From a virus, in IMG/VR virus record IMGVR_UViG_3300008117_000025, positions 32,001 through 96,000 of that record: 64,000 bases of DNA. One strand, given 5' to 3'. The notes below the pieces were generated by a model. It saw only the letters and a list, made by a program, of their open reading frames with translations. It ran no database searches and was not told where the DNA came from. The translations under genes and the position numbers were made by a program. Shown here in pieces: positions 1 through 9,242 of the stretch. Positions within the stretch are counted from its first letter, which is position 1, and every line of letters starts with the position of its first letter.

Positions 1-1069
1 TAAACCATTTACTTTCAGTTGTAATCATATTAGCTACAGCGGCGGATGGATGAACATTTGTTAGTTCTCCAGGGAGCATAATTGACATTTCTGGATCGAG
101 AAAATCTGTATGTCCACTCCAGTTGCTGGCTATTACTGGTTTTTGGGAAAGTGATGCTTCAAGAAGTGGTCGACCGTATCCTTCACCTTTAGTGAATGTA
201 GTAAATGCTTTTACTTTGGGGTGGTTATATAATTCATTTATTTGTTCGTCTTCTAACTCACCATGAAGTAAATAAACATTAGGTAAATCACCTCCTACAC
301 TTTCTTGAATGCGTCTAATCTTATCAAGCATTTCTTCTCTATCCATAACTGAATAAGTAGCACTACTTGTTTTTAGGATTAGACCTGGTTTTTGTTTTTT
401 GTCTTTGAATGTTTCAAGGAAAGTTTTAATTAGCATTCCTGTATCTTTTCTGTCTTGTCCTAATTCTCCTTGTAACCAATGTCCAACATAAAGAAAATTA
501 AATTCTTCACTTACTAAATCATTAATTACATCATTAATTTCACCTTCAACATTATCTAGTTTTTTATATATTTCAGTATTTACACCTTCAAATAATACTT
601 CAACAGGAGAAGTTAATTCTACTCTTCTTACTACTTGATGTGATTGATTGTCTTTTTCTTCAAATTTACTATTTTCAAATGTTTGTTTAGTAAAATTAGA
701 AGATACTAGATTTAAATTCATTCTATTTAAACCATCAATCCAACTAGGATCACAGAGTGTAGTTTCAATACCCGCGGTAATACCAATATTAAATTTACCT
801 ACTGGTTGGAATTCATTTGGTACTGTAATTTGGATCCAGCAATCTGGTTGTTTTGGGAGTTGAGGAGTTTGTAAAATACAATCTTTAAGTAACTTATGAT
901 CGGGATTATTATTATCTAAAAATCCCCATGATGTATTACCCCAACGTTGAGCAAGTATTTTTACATCAAATTTACCTGATTTTATAATTGGTAGTACTAT
1001 GTCTCTAGATCGCCCACCATATCCAGAAAAGGTATCAATTGGGCAGCTTATAACTATTAGTGGTTTCAT
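1..1069 (-). CDS. GT4-family (GT-B) glycosyltransferase, truncated by the left window edge
   Basis: Not in the ORF track. Manual translation from ATG at 1069 gives MKPLIVISCPIDTFSGYGGRSRDIV... and, near the edge, GEGYGRPLLEASLSQKPVIASNWSGHTDFL, containing the GT4 E-x7-E motif. No stop before position 1. Confidence 0.8.
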   Translation of the reverse strand, partial: MKPLIVISCPIDTFSGYGGRSRDIVLPIIKSGKFDVKILAQRWGNTSWGFLDNNNPDHKLLKDCILQTPQLPKQPDCWIQITVPNEFQPVGKFNIGITAGIETTLCDPSWIDGLNRMNLNLVSSNFTKQTFENSKFEEKDNQSHQVVRRVELTSPVEVLFEGVNTEIYKKLDNVEGEINDVINDLVSEEFNFLYVGHWLQGELGQDRKDTGMLIKTFLETFKDKKQKPGLILKTSSATYSVMDREEMLDKIRRIQESVGGDLPNVYLLHGELEDEQINELYNHPKVKAFTTFTKGEGYGRPLLEASLSQKPVIASNWSGHTDFLDPEMSIMLPGELTNVHPSAAVANMITTESKWF

Positions 1070-1070
1070 A

Positions 1071-2531
1071 TTATTGTGCGATAACGTGTTTTACAAAATG
1101 TTTAGGTTCTTTTAATGCTTCTACTTTAATTAATTCAAAAGCATATCTTGGTTCCCATTTATTAAAGGTTTCATCAATTGATTCAACTACATTCTTACAC
1201 ATATTTTTTGCTGATTGCATTGATTCATCTGATGTAACCCACTCTCGAGCAGCCTCACATTGCTCTTTATATAATTCGGGATTATTTATTTTTGAATTAT
1301 ATACAGCTTCAATTTGTTTGGCAATATCGTGTGGATCCATTCTATCATCAAATATATAAGGCGTAGGAACTGAACCTATTAAGCTAATATTACTTGGAAA
1401 TACTGGGTAAGCCCATCTGCCGTGTTTTTTATATTTACCCCTATGATTGGAACCAAATTCTTCTGTAAATTTAACCCATTCTCCATTTTCATCTTCAAAA
1501 CGCATTTGATCTTGCATACCACCAGTTACACCAGCAATAATAGGTTTACCACACATCATTCCTTCAGTAAGTGATAATCCCCATCCTTCATTTGAACTTA
1601 TTAAAGCAACAACATCAGCTGAGTTGTAAAGTAAATTCATTATGTTAGTTGGGTATCTTCCATTTGAAAATGTAACATTGTATTTAGGATTATTACCATA
1701 TAACATTTGATGTACTGCAGGAAGATCAGTTCCATTTTCATCTACTGGTTGGGTATGAAGTGTAAAGATACATTCTTTAGCTTTATCTTCTGGGAGGGAA
1801 TCAATGAATATCTTCCAGGCAAGCATCAAATCAGGAACTGATTTACGGCGAATGTTTCTTGCATTATATAAAAGATTAAATTTATATTCTTTTCCTCCAA
1901 ATAATTTATCTTTAAATTCTTTAAGTGCAAGATATTCAGGATGGGAAGAATCAATAGGGAAGAAATGATTTTCATTAATTCCATGAGGAACATACTTAAT
2001 TACTTTTTCAGCTGCTAATTCAGGACCAAGAACACATCTATTAATGTTTTCCGTTTGTTTTGAAATAGCCATTAAACAATCGCATGATTCATAATATGAT
2101 TTATTATACATTGGATAAGGCAAATCATCCCAAATATTTAAATAAATCAAAGGAATTTTCTTTCTAATTTCCTGTTCCATCTGAAATAACCAAACCCAAT
2201 ATCTTGGATCTGTAAAGATCATAATTGCATCTGGGTTTTCAAGATCCATTAATTGGCGAATTAGTTCTGGGCTGCCATAGCCATCGATTGGGTAGAGATA
2301 AACACTAGCATCTTCAATACCTGCTATATTGTTAGTATCACCATTAAGATCAAATCGTTTCCCTTTTTCAGGATGGTTAATAGCACCCCCTACATTTACC
2401 CAATTATAATGATGAGCTGTACCTAAAACTATTTCGCGTGCCATAGTAGAGATACCACTTGTCATTCTAATATCATCACAAAGCAACATTATTTTTTTTC
2501 GCTGTGCTTGCGGAATATAACCTTCTTTCAT
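1071..2531 (-). CDS. GT4-family glycosyltransferase (486 aa)
   Basis: N-terminal TSGISTMARE loop, RNIRRKS, and NEGWGLSLTEGMMCGKPIIAGVTGG (GT4 E-x7-E motif). Confidence 0.85.
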   Translation of the reverse strand: MKEGYIPQAQRKKIMLLCDDIRMTSGISTMAREIVLGTAHHYNWVNVGGAINHPEKGKRFDLNGDTNNIAGIEDASVYLYPIDGYGSPELIRQLMDLENPDAIMIFTDPRYWVWLFQMEQEIRKKIPLIYLNIWDDLPYPMYNKSYYESCDCLMAISKQTENINRCVLGPELAAEKVIKYVPHGINENHFFPIDSSHPEYLALKEFKDKLFGGKEYKFNLLYNARNIRRKSVPDLMLAWKIFIDSLPEDKAKECIFTLHTQPVDENGTDLPAVHQMLYGNNPKYNVTFSNGRYPTNIMNLLYNSADVVALISSNEGWGLSLTEGMMCGKPIIAGVTGGMQDQMRFEDENGEWVKFTEEFGSNHRGKYKKHGRWAYPVFPSNISLIGSVPTPYIFDDRMDPHDIAKQIEAVYNSKINNPELYKEQCEAAREWVTSDESMQSAKNMCKNVVESIDETFNKWEPRYAFELIKVEALKEPKHFVKHVIAQ

Positions 2532-2541
2532 ATAACTAATT

Positions 2542-2736
2542 TTAAATACTACCTGTAAATTGTGTGTCTAATTGATTGTGAATATTTTTTCTGAAGTCTT
2601 CATTTGTTAGGTAAAGATACATTGCTCTTTCTGTTAATTTTTGAACGCTGAACTTATACTTAACACAAGCAATTTTGAATTGCTCAAATAAATCTTCAGG
2701 AACTTTCACGCTTGTTAATTGCATTTTGTTTCCCAT
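2542..2736 (-). CDS. small ribbon-helix-helix-like DNA-binding protein
   Basis: 64 aa. LTSVKVPEDLFEQFKIACVKYKFSVQKLTERAMYLYL fits the RHH pattern of an alternating beta strand followed by two helices. Confidence 0.5.
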   Translation of the reverse strand: MGNKMQLTSVKVPEDLFEQFKIACVKYKFSVQKLTERAMYLYLTNEDFRKNIHNQLDTQFTGSI

Positions 2737-2769
2737 AATATTATATTTTGATATAAATATATACGCTTA

Positions 2770-3714
2770 TTAGGAAGAATGCATTTTATCACAAAGTTCT
2801 TGTTTATTATTATAGGGGCACCACTTACATGATTTTTCACCTACATTTTTAAGATACGACTTTATTTTAGGTTTACCAACTTCATCAAAGCAATCGCTAA
2901 TAAAAGATTGAAATTGTTCTATTGTTTGTTTTCGCTTGGTTTTTCCACTAGCGGGTTTGAATGACTGAACCCTGGGAATAGGGTATTCAGCTTGTTCATA
3001 GATTTTGCGCTTAACGATGAAGAATTCGACTTCGATTTGTTCAACGTCCCATCCAAATTGTCTAGCGAAGTATTCTTTGTATAGTAGGACTTGAGCAACT
3101 TTTTGATCGTCTCTTTTTTCACTGTCACTCCATCCACGTGTCGACGTTTTGATATCATATATATAAACTTTTTTTAAATCTTCATCATATAGAGCAAAGT
3201 CAATGAATGCTTTGTAGTAGATGTTATTTGCTATTTTTAAAAGTAAAGGTAATTCAATACCTAATAATTTCATTTTACGAATAGTGAATAATTTATTTCT
3301 ATTCTTTTTAATCCAACTCAACATAGTAATCCCATCATTGAAGAACTCACCCATTTCCTCAGCATTAGTGAAATGTAATCCTGCTGCTTTATATTCTTCA
3401 GCATACACTTCTCTAAATCGCTCTTGAAATAGAGCTTCTAGATCCATTTTATCAGCAGATGCTCCACTCTCATTATACATTGTAGTAATATATGATTGAA
3501 GTGTTTCATGAAAAGCCGTACCAAACACGGTATGAATACTAGCTTGGTACGGCTGTTTATTCTCTACATAGGTTAAATACCATTTGTGAGGGCATGAACT
3601 CCACATTGAGAATTGAGAGTATGAGACGCTACGCTGGAAACTATGATTTATTTCTGGCGGTTGGTAGTTTTTGATTTTTAGCTCGACCTCAGATAACTTT
3701 TTCTTGGCTGCCAC
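2770..3714 (-). CDS. PD-(D/E)xK RecB/Cas4-like exonuclease
   Basis: SYSQFSMWSSCPHKW, FGTAFHE, KAFID...IYDIKTS, QVLLY and C-terminal CKWCPY: the PDDEXK_1 pattern with an Fe-S-type Cys arrangement. Confidence 0.85.
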   Translation of the reverse strand: MAAKKKLSEVELKIKNYQPPEINHSFQRSVSYSQFSMWSSCPHKWYLTYVENKQPYQASIHTVFGTAFHETLQSYITTMYNESGASADKMDLEALFQERFREVYAEEYKAAGLHFTNAEEMGEFFNDGITMLSWIKKNRNKLFTIRKMKLLGIELPLLLKIANNIYYKAFIDFALYDEDLKKVYIYDIKTSTRGWSDSEKRDDQKVAQVLLYKEYFARQFGWDVEQIEVEFFIVKRKIYEQAEYPIPRVQSFKPASGKTKRKQTIEQFQSFISDCFDEVGKPKIKSYLKNVGEKSCKWCPYNNKQELCDKMHSS

Positions 3715-3904
3715 TTATGTATTCTTGTTTTATTTTTTCTAGGTATAGGATAGCATCCATATGTTCTTGTTTAGCGTGTTCAATCCACTCTATTAAAGTT
3801 AAATCGGTACGATCTAAATCAACACCATATTTTGCTTTACCTTTAGCAGCACGAACAGCAAACTGATCTATAATTGAAGTGACAATTGAGTCTAGTTTAT
3901 CCAT
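3689..3904 (-). CDS. small all-alpha protein, possibly NTP pyrophosphohydrolase-like
   Basis: KYG...EWIEHAKQEHMDAILYL resembles the acidic helices of MazG-like all-alpha NTP-PPases. Weak resemblance. Confidence 0.35.
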   Translation of the reverse strand: MDKLDSIVTSIIDQFAVRAAKGKAKYGVDLDRTDLTLIEWIEHAKQEHMDAILYLEKIKQEYISGSQEKVI

Positions 3905-4268
3905 TGATTTGGTTTATAATATTTTCTAATTCATCTTTAGAAAGCATATCAATATATTCCTTAGCTTCACTTTTACTTATTTCATAATAAGTGGCTACTG
4001 CTTCTACTTGATCTACTTTATATTCCTTTTTGTTCTTAGCTTTAATATATTTAAGATACTTATACTGTTTTGGAATAAGATCTTTATATAGATTATAAAG
4101 ATACTCACCTTTCATCTGCCAAGTATTCTTTTGTACTATATTAACCACTTCACAATAATCAGGATCCATACTTAAATAACGATTGATCATCCAGTTATTC
4201 CAACCTTCATCTCCTAAGTATGGTCCCTTATTAGTTGTAATATTTTTAAGATGGTCAAATATATTCAT
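3897..4268 (-). CDS. clamp loader small subunit (T4 gp62-like)
   Basis: MNIFDHLKNIT...WNNWMINRYLS...YNLYKDLIPK...KYIK resembles gp62 of T4-like phages. Lies near the gp44-like gene. Confidence 0.6.
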   Translation of the reverse strand: MNIFDHLKNITTNKGPYLGDEGWNNWMINRYLSMDPDYCEVVNIVQKNTWQMKGEYLYNLYKDLIPKQYKYLKYIKAKNKKEYKVDQVEAVATYYEISKSEAKEYIDMLSKDELENIINQING

Positions 4269-4513
4269 TAGTAATATCTTGAGTCGTTTTGATTTTTATT
4301 AGCAGTATTAGTTAACATAATATAATGATCTAATTCTGACTTTAAATCTAGGTATTTTTTAAATAAACCTTGGAGTTCAGTTTCTAGAAATTTAATTTTT
4401 TCATCTGATGCTTTTAAAGTTTCGGCTAGTCCCATTATTTGGGCTTTTAAAGCACTATTTTCTTGTTGTAGCTCGTTTGCTTTCATTTTATATCTATTAA
4501 ATATTTTCAGCAT
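4268..4513 (-). CDS. coiled-coil hypothetical protein
   Basis: Heptad-like ORF, start/stop-coupled to its neighbours. Confidence 0.6.
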   Translation of the reverse strand: MLKIFNRYKMKANELQQENSALKAQIMGLAETLKASDEKIKFLETELQGLFKKYLDLKSELDHYIMLTNTANKNQNDSRYY

Positions 4514-4736
4514 TATTTCTTAATTGCAAAGGAATAAATTCTTCATTTACATGGCCACACTTACTACAAACAAATACAGGAATTGGAATCATAGCATCCT
4601 GTGCTGTACCTGTGATAAAGCGAGAGGCTTTGCGAAGCATTACCCCTTCTTGAAATATTTCATTACTGCATTCATCACACGACATTCCTGTAGTTTTATC
4701 TAATGTGATATTTAGATTCATTTGTTCTTGACTCAT
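4497..4736 (-). CDS. zinc-ribbon protein
   Basis: CDEC...CSKCGH Cys pairs in 79 aa. Confidence 0.65.
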   Translation of the reverse strand: MSQEQMNLNITLDKTTGMSCDECSNEIFQEGVMLRKASRFITGTAQDAMIPIPVFVCSKCGHVNEEFIPLQLRNNAENI

Positions 4737-4748
4737 ATTACTTGTTTT

Positions 4749-4931
4749 TTAGTATTTTTTTAATTCATCTTCTAACCATTCTTCTTTACTTTTCGGTTCG
4801 AATAGTTCTGCTGCTTTTGCAGCCTTTGGAGAAAGTAAAGCAATTAATTCAGCTTTATCAGCTTGATATTTGCTTATAAATTCTTCGTAATACTTATCAA
4901 CATTTTCTAATAACTCTTCTTTTGTTATCAT
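4749..4931 (-). CDS. hypothetical protein
   Basis: 60 aa. ATGA overlap with the clamp loader stop. Confidence 0.55.
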   Translation of the reverse strand: MITKEELLENVDKYYEEFISKYQADKAELIALLSPKAAKAAELFEPKSKEEWLEDELKKY

Positions 4932-5848
4932 ATTACTTGTTTTTTAGTTATTTCTAATATTTTTGCTATTGCAGCTGCAAAGTTAATTTCTTTATCTGGT
5001 ACTACACCTGCTCTCCAAATATGGTCATCTAATATAACTGATAATTCAGCATCGTGACCATAACTAAATTCAGATAATTGCTCAAACATATAGCGATAAG
5101 CAACTTGAAAATCGTCTACTTGCGCGTCAGCTACAAGTTGGCGAGCTTGATACCAAGCATCTTTATCGCGTTTTTTCAATATTTGAATTAGTTGTTTAGT
5201 CCAGTCTACATTAAGAGCAACCCATTCATATTTCCCATCTTTAACACCTGCTTGTAAATTCTTAATAATTGAACGAACATCAGGATAAAATTCCTTAACT
5301 AGTAATGCTACATTTTGAAGATCATATACTATACCTTCAACATCAAGGATATTAGTGCAAACATGCCTTGCAACATCACCTTTAGATGGTGGTTTTAGAA
5401 TATGAATTTCACAGCGTGATTGAAGAGGCTCAATCAAACGTTCAATGTAATTACAAGTAAGTACAAAGCGAGTTGTGATTGAATACTCTTCAATTAGATT
5501 ACGAAGCGCTGCTTGTGCGGGCTGAGTTAAGAAATCAGCCTCATCTAGAATGACAACCTTAAGCGGTTGGAATGTTGATGTGGAGGCAAATTGTTTTACT
5601 TTATCTCTAATAATATCAATACCATTTTCATCACTAGCATTAATGTAAAGATAATCACATTTAATGTTTTTAACAATTAATTTTGCTAGTGTGGTTTTAC
5701 CTGTACCTGCTGTACCGGTGAAGATGAAATGGGGTATATCGTTTTTAGATATACAATCGGAGATGCGGTTTTTAACCGCATCATTTCCGATGTATTGTTC
5801 TAATGTTTCTGATCTATATTTCTCAATCCAGAGAGAGTGTTGCTTCAT
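4928..5848 (-). CDS. clamp loader large subunit (gp44/RFC-like AAA+ ATPase)
   Basis: WIEKYRS, Walker A GTAGTGKT, INASD, Walker B ILDEAD, AQAALR, PLQSRC. Confidence 0.93.
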   Translation of the reverse strand: MKQHSLWIEKYRSETLEQYIGNDAVKNRISDCISKNDIPHFIFTGTAGTGKTTLAKLIVKNIKCDYLYINASDENGIDIIRDKVKQFASTSTFQPLKVVILDEADFLTQPAQAALRNLIEEYSITTRFVLTCNYIERLIEPLQSRCEIHILKPPSKGDVARHVCTNILDVEGIVYDLQNVALLVKEFYPDVRSIIKNLQAGVKDGKYEWVALNVDWTKQLIQILKKRDKDAWYQARQLVADAQVDDFQVAYRYMFEQLSEFSYGHDAELSVILDDHIWRAGVVPDKEINFAAAIAKILEITKKQVI

Positions 5849-5868
5849 AACTATTATTTTGTTTTAAA

Positions 5869-7479
5869 TTACATTCCAAATTGTGACAAATCAACCTCAT
5901 CTTTCTTTTTCTCAGCTGGTTTATCATGGATAACACATTCTGTCATTAGGAGTGTAACCGCAGCTGCTGCTGCGTTTTCAAGTGCACAACGTACTACTTT
6001 AGTAGGATCGATAATACCTGATTTGAAAGCATCTACTGTTCTTTCCTCGTTGATGTCAGGAACAGCGTTTTTTTCTTTTAGCGCTTGGATCCACTCATAA
6101 TAGTCTTCACCAGCATTAGTTAGAATTTTTTGGAGGGGTTGGTTACATGCTTTAAATACAATTTGACCTCCCAATCCAAAATCACTGTTATCTCTATTTT
6201 TAATTACATTTTTAGCATTAAATAGAGCCATACCTGCACCTGGTAAGATACCCTCTTCAAGTGCTGCTTTAGTTGCTTGGAGAGCATCGTCAATGCGGTC
6301 TTTTCTTTCCTTCATTTCTACTTCAGTACCTCCACCTACATTGATAATAGCTACACCACCTACAATCTTAGCAAGGCGATCTTGTAAACGCTCGATTTCG
6401 TATGGTGAATTTGCTTGATCGATTTGAGCTTTTAATTCATCAATGCGAGCATCTATTTTCTCAGTTTCACCTTTACCATCAACAATTGTAGTAGTATCTT
6501 TACCTACAGTGATTGTTCTAGCACTACCTAACCAGGACATATTAAACTTATCCAGTTTCATTCCTTTTTGTGGTGAAACCAAAGTACCACCAGTTACAAT
6601 AGCAATATCTTCAAGGATAAGTGTTCTACGATCTCCAAAGTCAGGTGCTTTGACAGCTACCACTTTTAAAATACCTCTCATTTTATTTACAATGAGTGTT
6701 GAAAGTGCTTCACCATCAATATCTTCAGCTACAATCAATAACGACTTATTATCTGAGGAAATGCGTTCGAGGATAGGGAGGAGATCTTTTACAGCGCTAA
6801 TTCTACCATCAAACAATAAAATAGAGGCATCAGTAAGTACTGCTTGCATTGTATTATTATCAGTCACCATATAAGGTGATTTATAACCTCTATCAAACTG
6901 AAGACCTTCTACTACTTCAAGTGATGTTTCACCTGAACGAGATTCTTCCACTGTTACAATACCATCTCTTCCTACTTTATCAATTGCTGTAGCAACTAAT
7001 TCTCCAATTTCCTCATCCCCATTAGCTGAGAGTGTAGCAATTTGTTTAATTTGCTTTTCATCAGTGATATCTACAGATGATGCTCTCAATTCAGATACTA
7101 CATCCTTAACTGCTTCTTCAATACCACGTTTTACTTGAGTAACATTAACTGATGGTTTTGATGTTGCCTCAAGTGCTTGGTCAGCAACAGACCATGCTAG
7201 TAGAGTTGAAGTAGTGGTTCCATCACCTGCTTGATCAACTGTTTTTTGTGCTGCTTGTTTAATTACAGTTGCAGCCATGTTTTCAATTGGATCTTCTAAA
7301 GTAATGGTTTTAGCAACAGTAACACCATCTTTAGTTGATGCTACTTGTCCATGATCTTTTTCAATCAATACATTACGCCCAAAAGGACCCATTGTTACTG
7401 TTACAGCATCGTGTACTTTTTTAATACCGGCTTGTAGTTTTTCTTTCGCTTCACGATCAAATTTAATTATTTTACTCAT
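5869..7479 (-). CDS. groEL: chaperonin GroEL (Cpn60)
   Basis: TMGPFGRNV, TKDGVTVAK, AGDGTTT, EGLQFDRGY, KAPDFGDRR, GIIDPTKV. Full length at 536 aa. Confidence 0.97.
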   Translation of the reverse strand: MSKIIKFDREAKEKLQAGIKKVHDAVTVTMGPFGRNVLIEKDHGQVASTKDGVTVAKTITLEDPIENMAATVIKQAAQKTVDQAGDGTTTSTLLAWSVADQALEATSKPSVNVTQVKRGIEEAVKDVVSELRASSVDITDEKQIKQIATLSANGDEEIGELVATAIDKVGRDGIVTVEESRSGETSLEVVEGLQFDRGYKSPYMVTDNNTMQAVLTDASILLFDGRISAVKDLLPILERISSDNKSLLIVAEDIDGEALSTLIVNKMRGILKVVAVKAPDFGDRRTLILEDIAIVTGGTLVSPQKGMKLDKFNMSWLGSARTITVGKDTTTIVDGKGETEKIDARIDELKAQIDQANSPYEIERLQDRLAKIVGGVAIINVGGGTEVEMKERKDRIDDALQATKAALEEGILPGAGMALFNAKNVIKNRDNSDFGLGGQIVFKACNQPLQKILTNAGEDYYEWIQALKEKNAVPDINEERTVDAFKSGIIDPTKVVRCALENAAAAAVTLLMTECVIHDKPAEKKKDEVDLSQFGM

Positions 7480-7482
7480 ATT

Positions 7483-7773
7483 TTATTTTTCTAAAATTGC
7501 CAATAAATCTTGTTCTTTCATTACAATGTATTCTTCCCCTTCAACGGTCATTTTGGTTCCACCAAAGGCAGGAAATACTGCTGTTTCACCTACTTGAACT
7601 CCAGTTGCAAGCCAAGTCCCCGTAACTGAATAGATTCCAGGTCCAACAGCTACTATTTCACCCATAAGTGGTTTTTCTTTTCCCATATCCGGTACTACAA
7701 TGTTTCCGTACATTGTTTCAGTTTCGTCTAATTGTTTAATCACAACGTGATTATAAAGTGGTTTTATCTTCAT
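7483..7773 (-). CDS. groES: co-chaperonin GroES (Cpn10)
   Basis: MKIKPLYNHVVIK, mobile loop YGNIVVPD, GEIVAVGPG, DLLAIL. Directly upstream of groEL. Confidence 0.95.
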   Translation of the reverse strand: MKIKPLYNHVVIKQLDETETMYGNIVVPDMGKEKPLMGEIVAVGPGIYSVTGTWLATGVQVGETAVFPAFGGTKMTVEGEEYIVMKEQDLLAILEK

Positions 7774-7960
7774 ATTTCATTTTTTGTTTGTGTGCAAATA
7801 AAGCATCTTCTAAAAGCTCAATAGGAAATTCAATTGGACCATATTCGCCATCTGAGCAGTCAAATATGACTTTATCTTCATAAAGATCTAGATGAGCTAT
7901 CCTACTATAGCGAGCTTCTGTCCTGAATACTGTTGTTAAATTTTTTATAAATCTATTCAT
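7751..7960 (-). CDS. hypothetical protein
   Basis: 69-aa ORF between hsp20 and groES, overlapping the groES start. Confidence 0.55.
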   Translation of the reverse strand: MNRFIKNLTTVFRTEARYSRIAHLDLYEDKVIFDCSDGEYGPIEFPIELLEDALFAHKQKMKYEDKTTL

Positions 7961-7965
7961 AACTT

Positions 7966-8490
7966 GAAGATAATGACAGGTCTTCGGTTTTCAAAACTTA
8001 TTTAATTGTAACCTTTTTAGGTGCTTTTTCCTCTGCATAAGGAATATCTATAATAAGCAAACCCTTATCCATATTGGCTTCTAATTTAGCTAAATTAAGT
8101 TTAGAAGCTACCTTCCATGCTAAATCAAAAGAGCGACGAGTAATACCTCTTTGTATATAGGATTTCTCTACTCCTTCTGTTACTTGTTTATCGTGGGTAA
8201 TTCTTAATATATCGGACTCTACTAGAATTTCTATATCTGATTTGTTAAGTCCTACTACTGCGAGTTCAAATCGTAAACCTGTTTCTGTTTCGTAAATATC
8301 AACTGGGTAGTTGATTTTGCTTTCAATTGTGTTAAATGTTGAGTTAGTGTCTAGGATATTTTTCCAAACGACATCAAATGGATCGAATGTCCAATTACTG
8401 TTCCAACGTGTTAGTTGTGTCATAGTTTTTGTTTTGTGCATCCCTAAGGTATGCGGTTAATTAATAGGTGAAGACCTGTCATGTATCTTC
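7966..8490. repeat. 20/21-nt inverted repeat pair (7966-7985 and 8470-8490) flanking hsp20
   Basis: 7966-7985 reads gaagataatgacaggtcttc. The reverse complement of 8470-8490 reads gaagatacatgacaggtcttc. They are identical except for one inserted base. Confidence 0.9.
7998..8423 (-). CDS. small heat-shock protein (Hsp20/alpha-crystallin)
   Basis: YPVDIYET, ELAVVG, SYIQRGITRRSF, A.MDKGLLII.IP. Probable start is MTQL at 8423 rather than 8441. Confidence 0.92.
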   Translation of the reverse strand: MTQLTRWNSNWTFDPFDVVWKNILDTNSTFNTIESKINYPVDIYETETGLRFELAVVGLNKSDIEILVESDILRITHDKQVTEGVEKSYIQRGITRRSFDLAWKVASKLNLAKLEANMDKGLLIIDIPYAEEKAPKKVTIK

Positions 8491-8509
8491 GATAATAAAT
8501 ATATACGGA

Positions 8510-9241
8510 TTAGTTTTTAGGTGGGAGATAATATGTGCTTTTGATAGAGTTTTCTGTATTGAATTCTAGTTTCAAAATACCATTCTCATCAAAATAGCCT
8601 ATTCCTTCTGCACCTTTATTTTCTGTAAATATTTCAAATAAGTAGTTTGCATTATACTGGAATTCAGATGATGGGAGTTCCATTTCAGCATTTGGTGTTT
8701 GGAAGCTAATTTTATCATCGTGTGATGTTTTGCCTCCTAATGTGAAATAAATACCTTTATCTCCTTCACCATTAAATAATGCTTGTATTTTCACTTCATC
8801 GCTACCTAATGCTTTCTTTGCTTTATTATATCGCTCAATAAATTCAGAATCAATATTAAATGAATATCCGAATGTGATTTGGGATTCATCTAACACCATT
8901 GTTTCCATAGGCATCATTCTTAGATCAGCAAGATGATAAGTCAAATCATATTCCATATCAGCAATATTCAATTTAGTGGAAGTGTTGTTTTTAGTTTCAA
9001 CGTTTAATTGAATGAATTGGTTTGTAATACCAATTAATTTAAGGAGTTTATTTGTATCATAAATTCCTAATGTACAATCGTCAAGATCAAAATTATCTGC
9101 TTCAACTGACCCTGCTAGATCTTTAGTTGCAGATGTAAATAATATCTGTACTTTCTTATCTTTAATTGTCCACTTTACCTTTTCGTGTATTCCATTCAAG
9201 TAATACTTCTCAATAACCGATACTAATAGTTGTTTTTCCAT
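8510..9241 (-). CDS. probable DNA sliding clamp (gp45/PCNA-like)
   Basis: 243 aa with a beta-rich pattern (GIYDTNKLLKLI; C-terminal STYYL). Located between PolB and the clamp-loader region. The call rests largely on size and context. Confidence 0.6.
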   Translation of the reverse strand: MEKQLLVSVIEKYYLNGIHEKVKWTIKDKKVQILFTSATKDLAGSVEADNFDLDDCTLGIYDTNKLLKLIGITNQFIQLNVETKNNTSTKLNIADMEYDLTYHLADLRMMPMETMVLDESQITFGYSFNIDSEFIERYNKAKKALGSDEVKIQALFNGEGDKGIYFTLGGKTSHDDKISFQTPNAEMELPSSEFQYNANYLFEIFTENKGAEGIGYFDENGILKLEFNTENSIKSTYYLPPKN

Positions 9242-9242
9242 A

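Noticed and set aside
2770-3714. Cas4-like nuclease as part of a CRISPR system
   Set aside because: No other cas genes or array are present. Stand-alone PD-(D/E)xK nucleases are common in phage replication modules.
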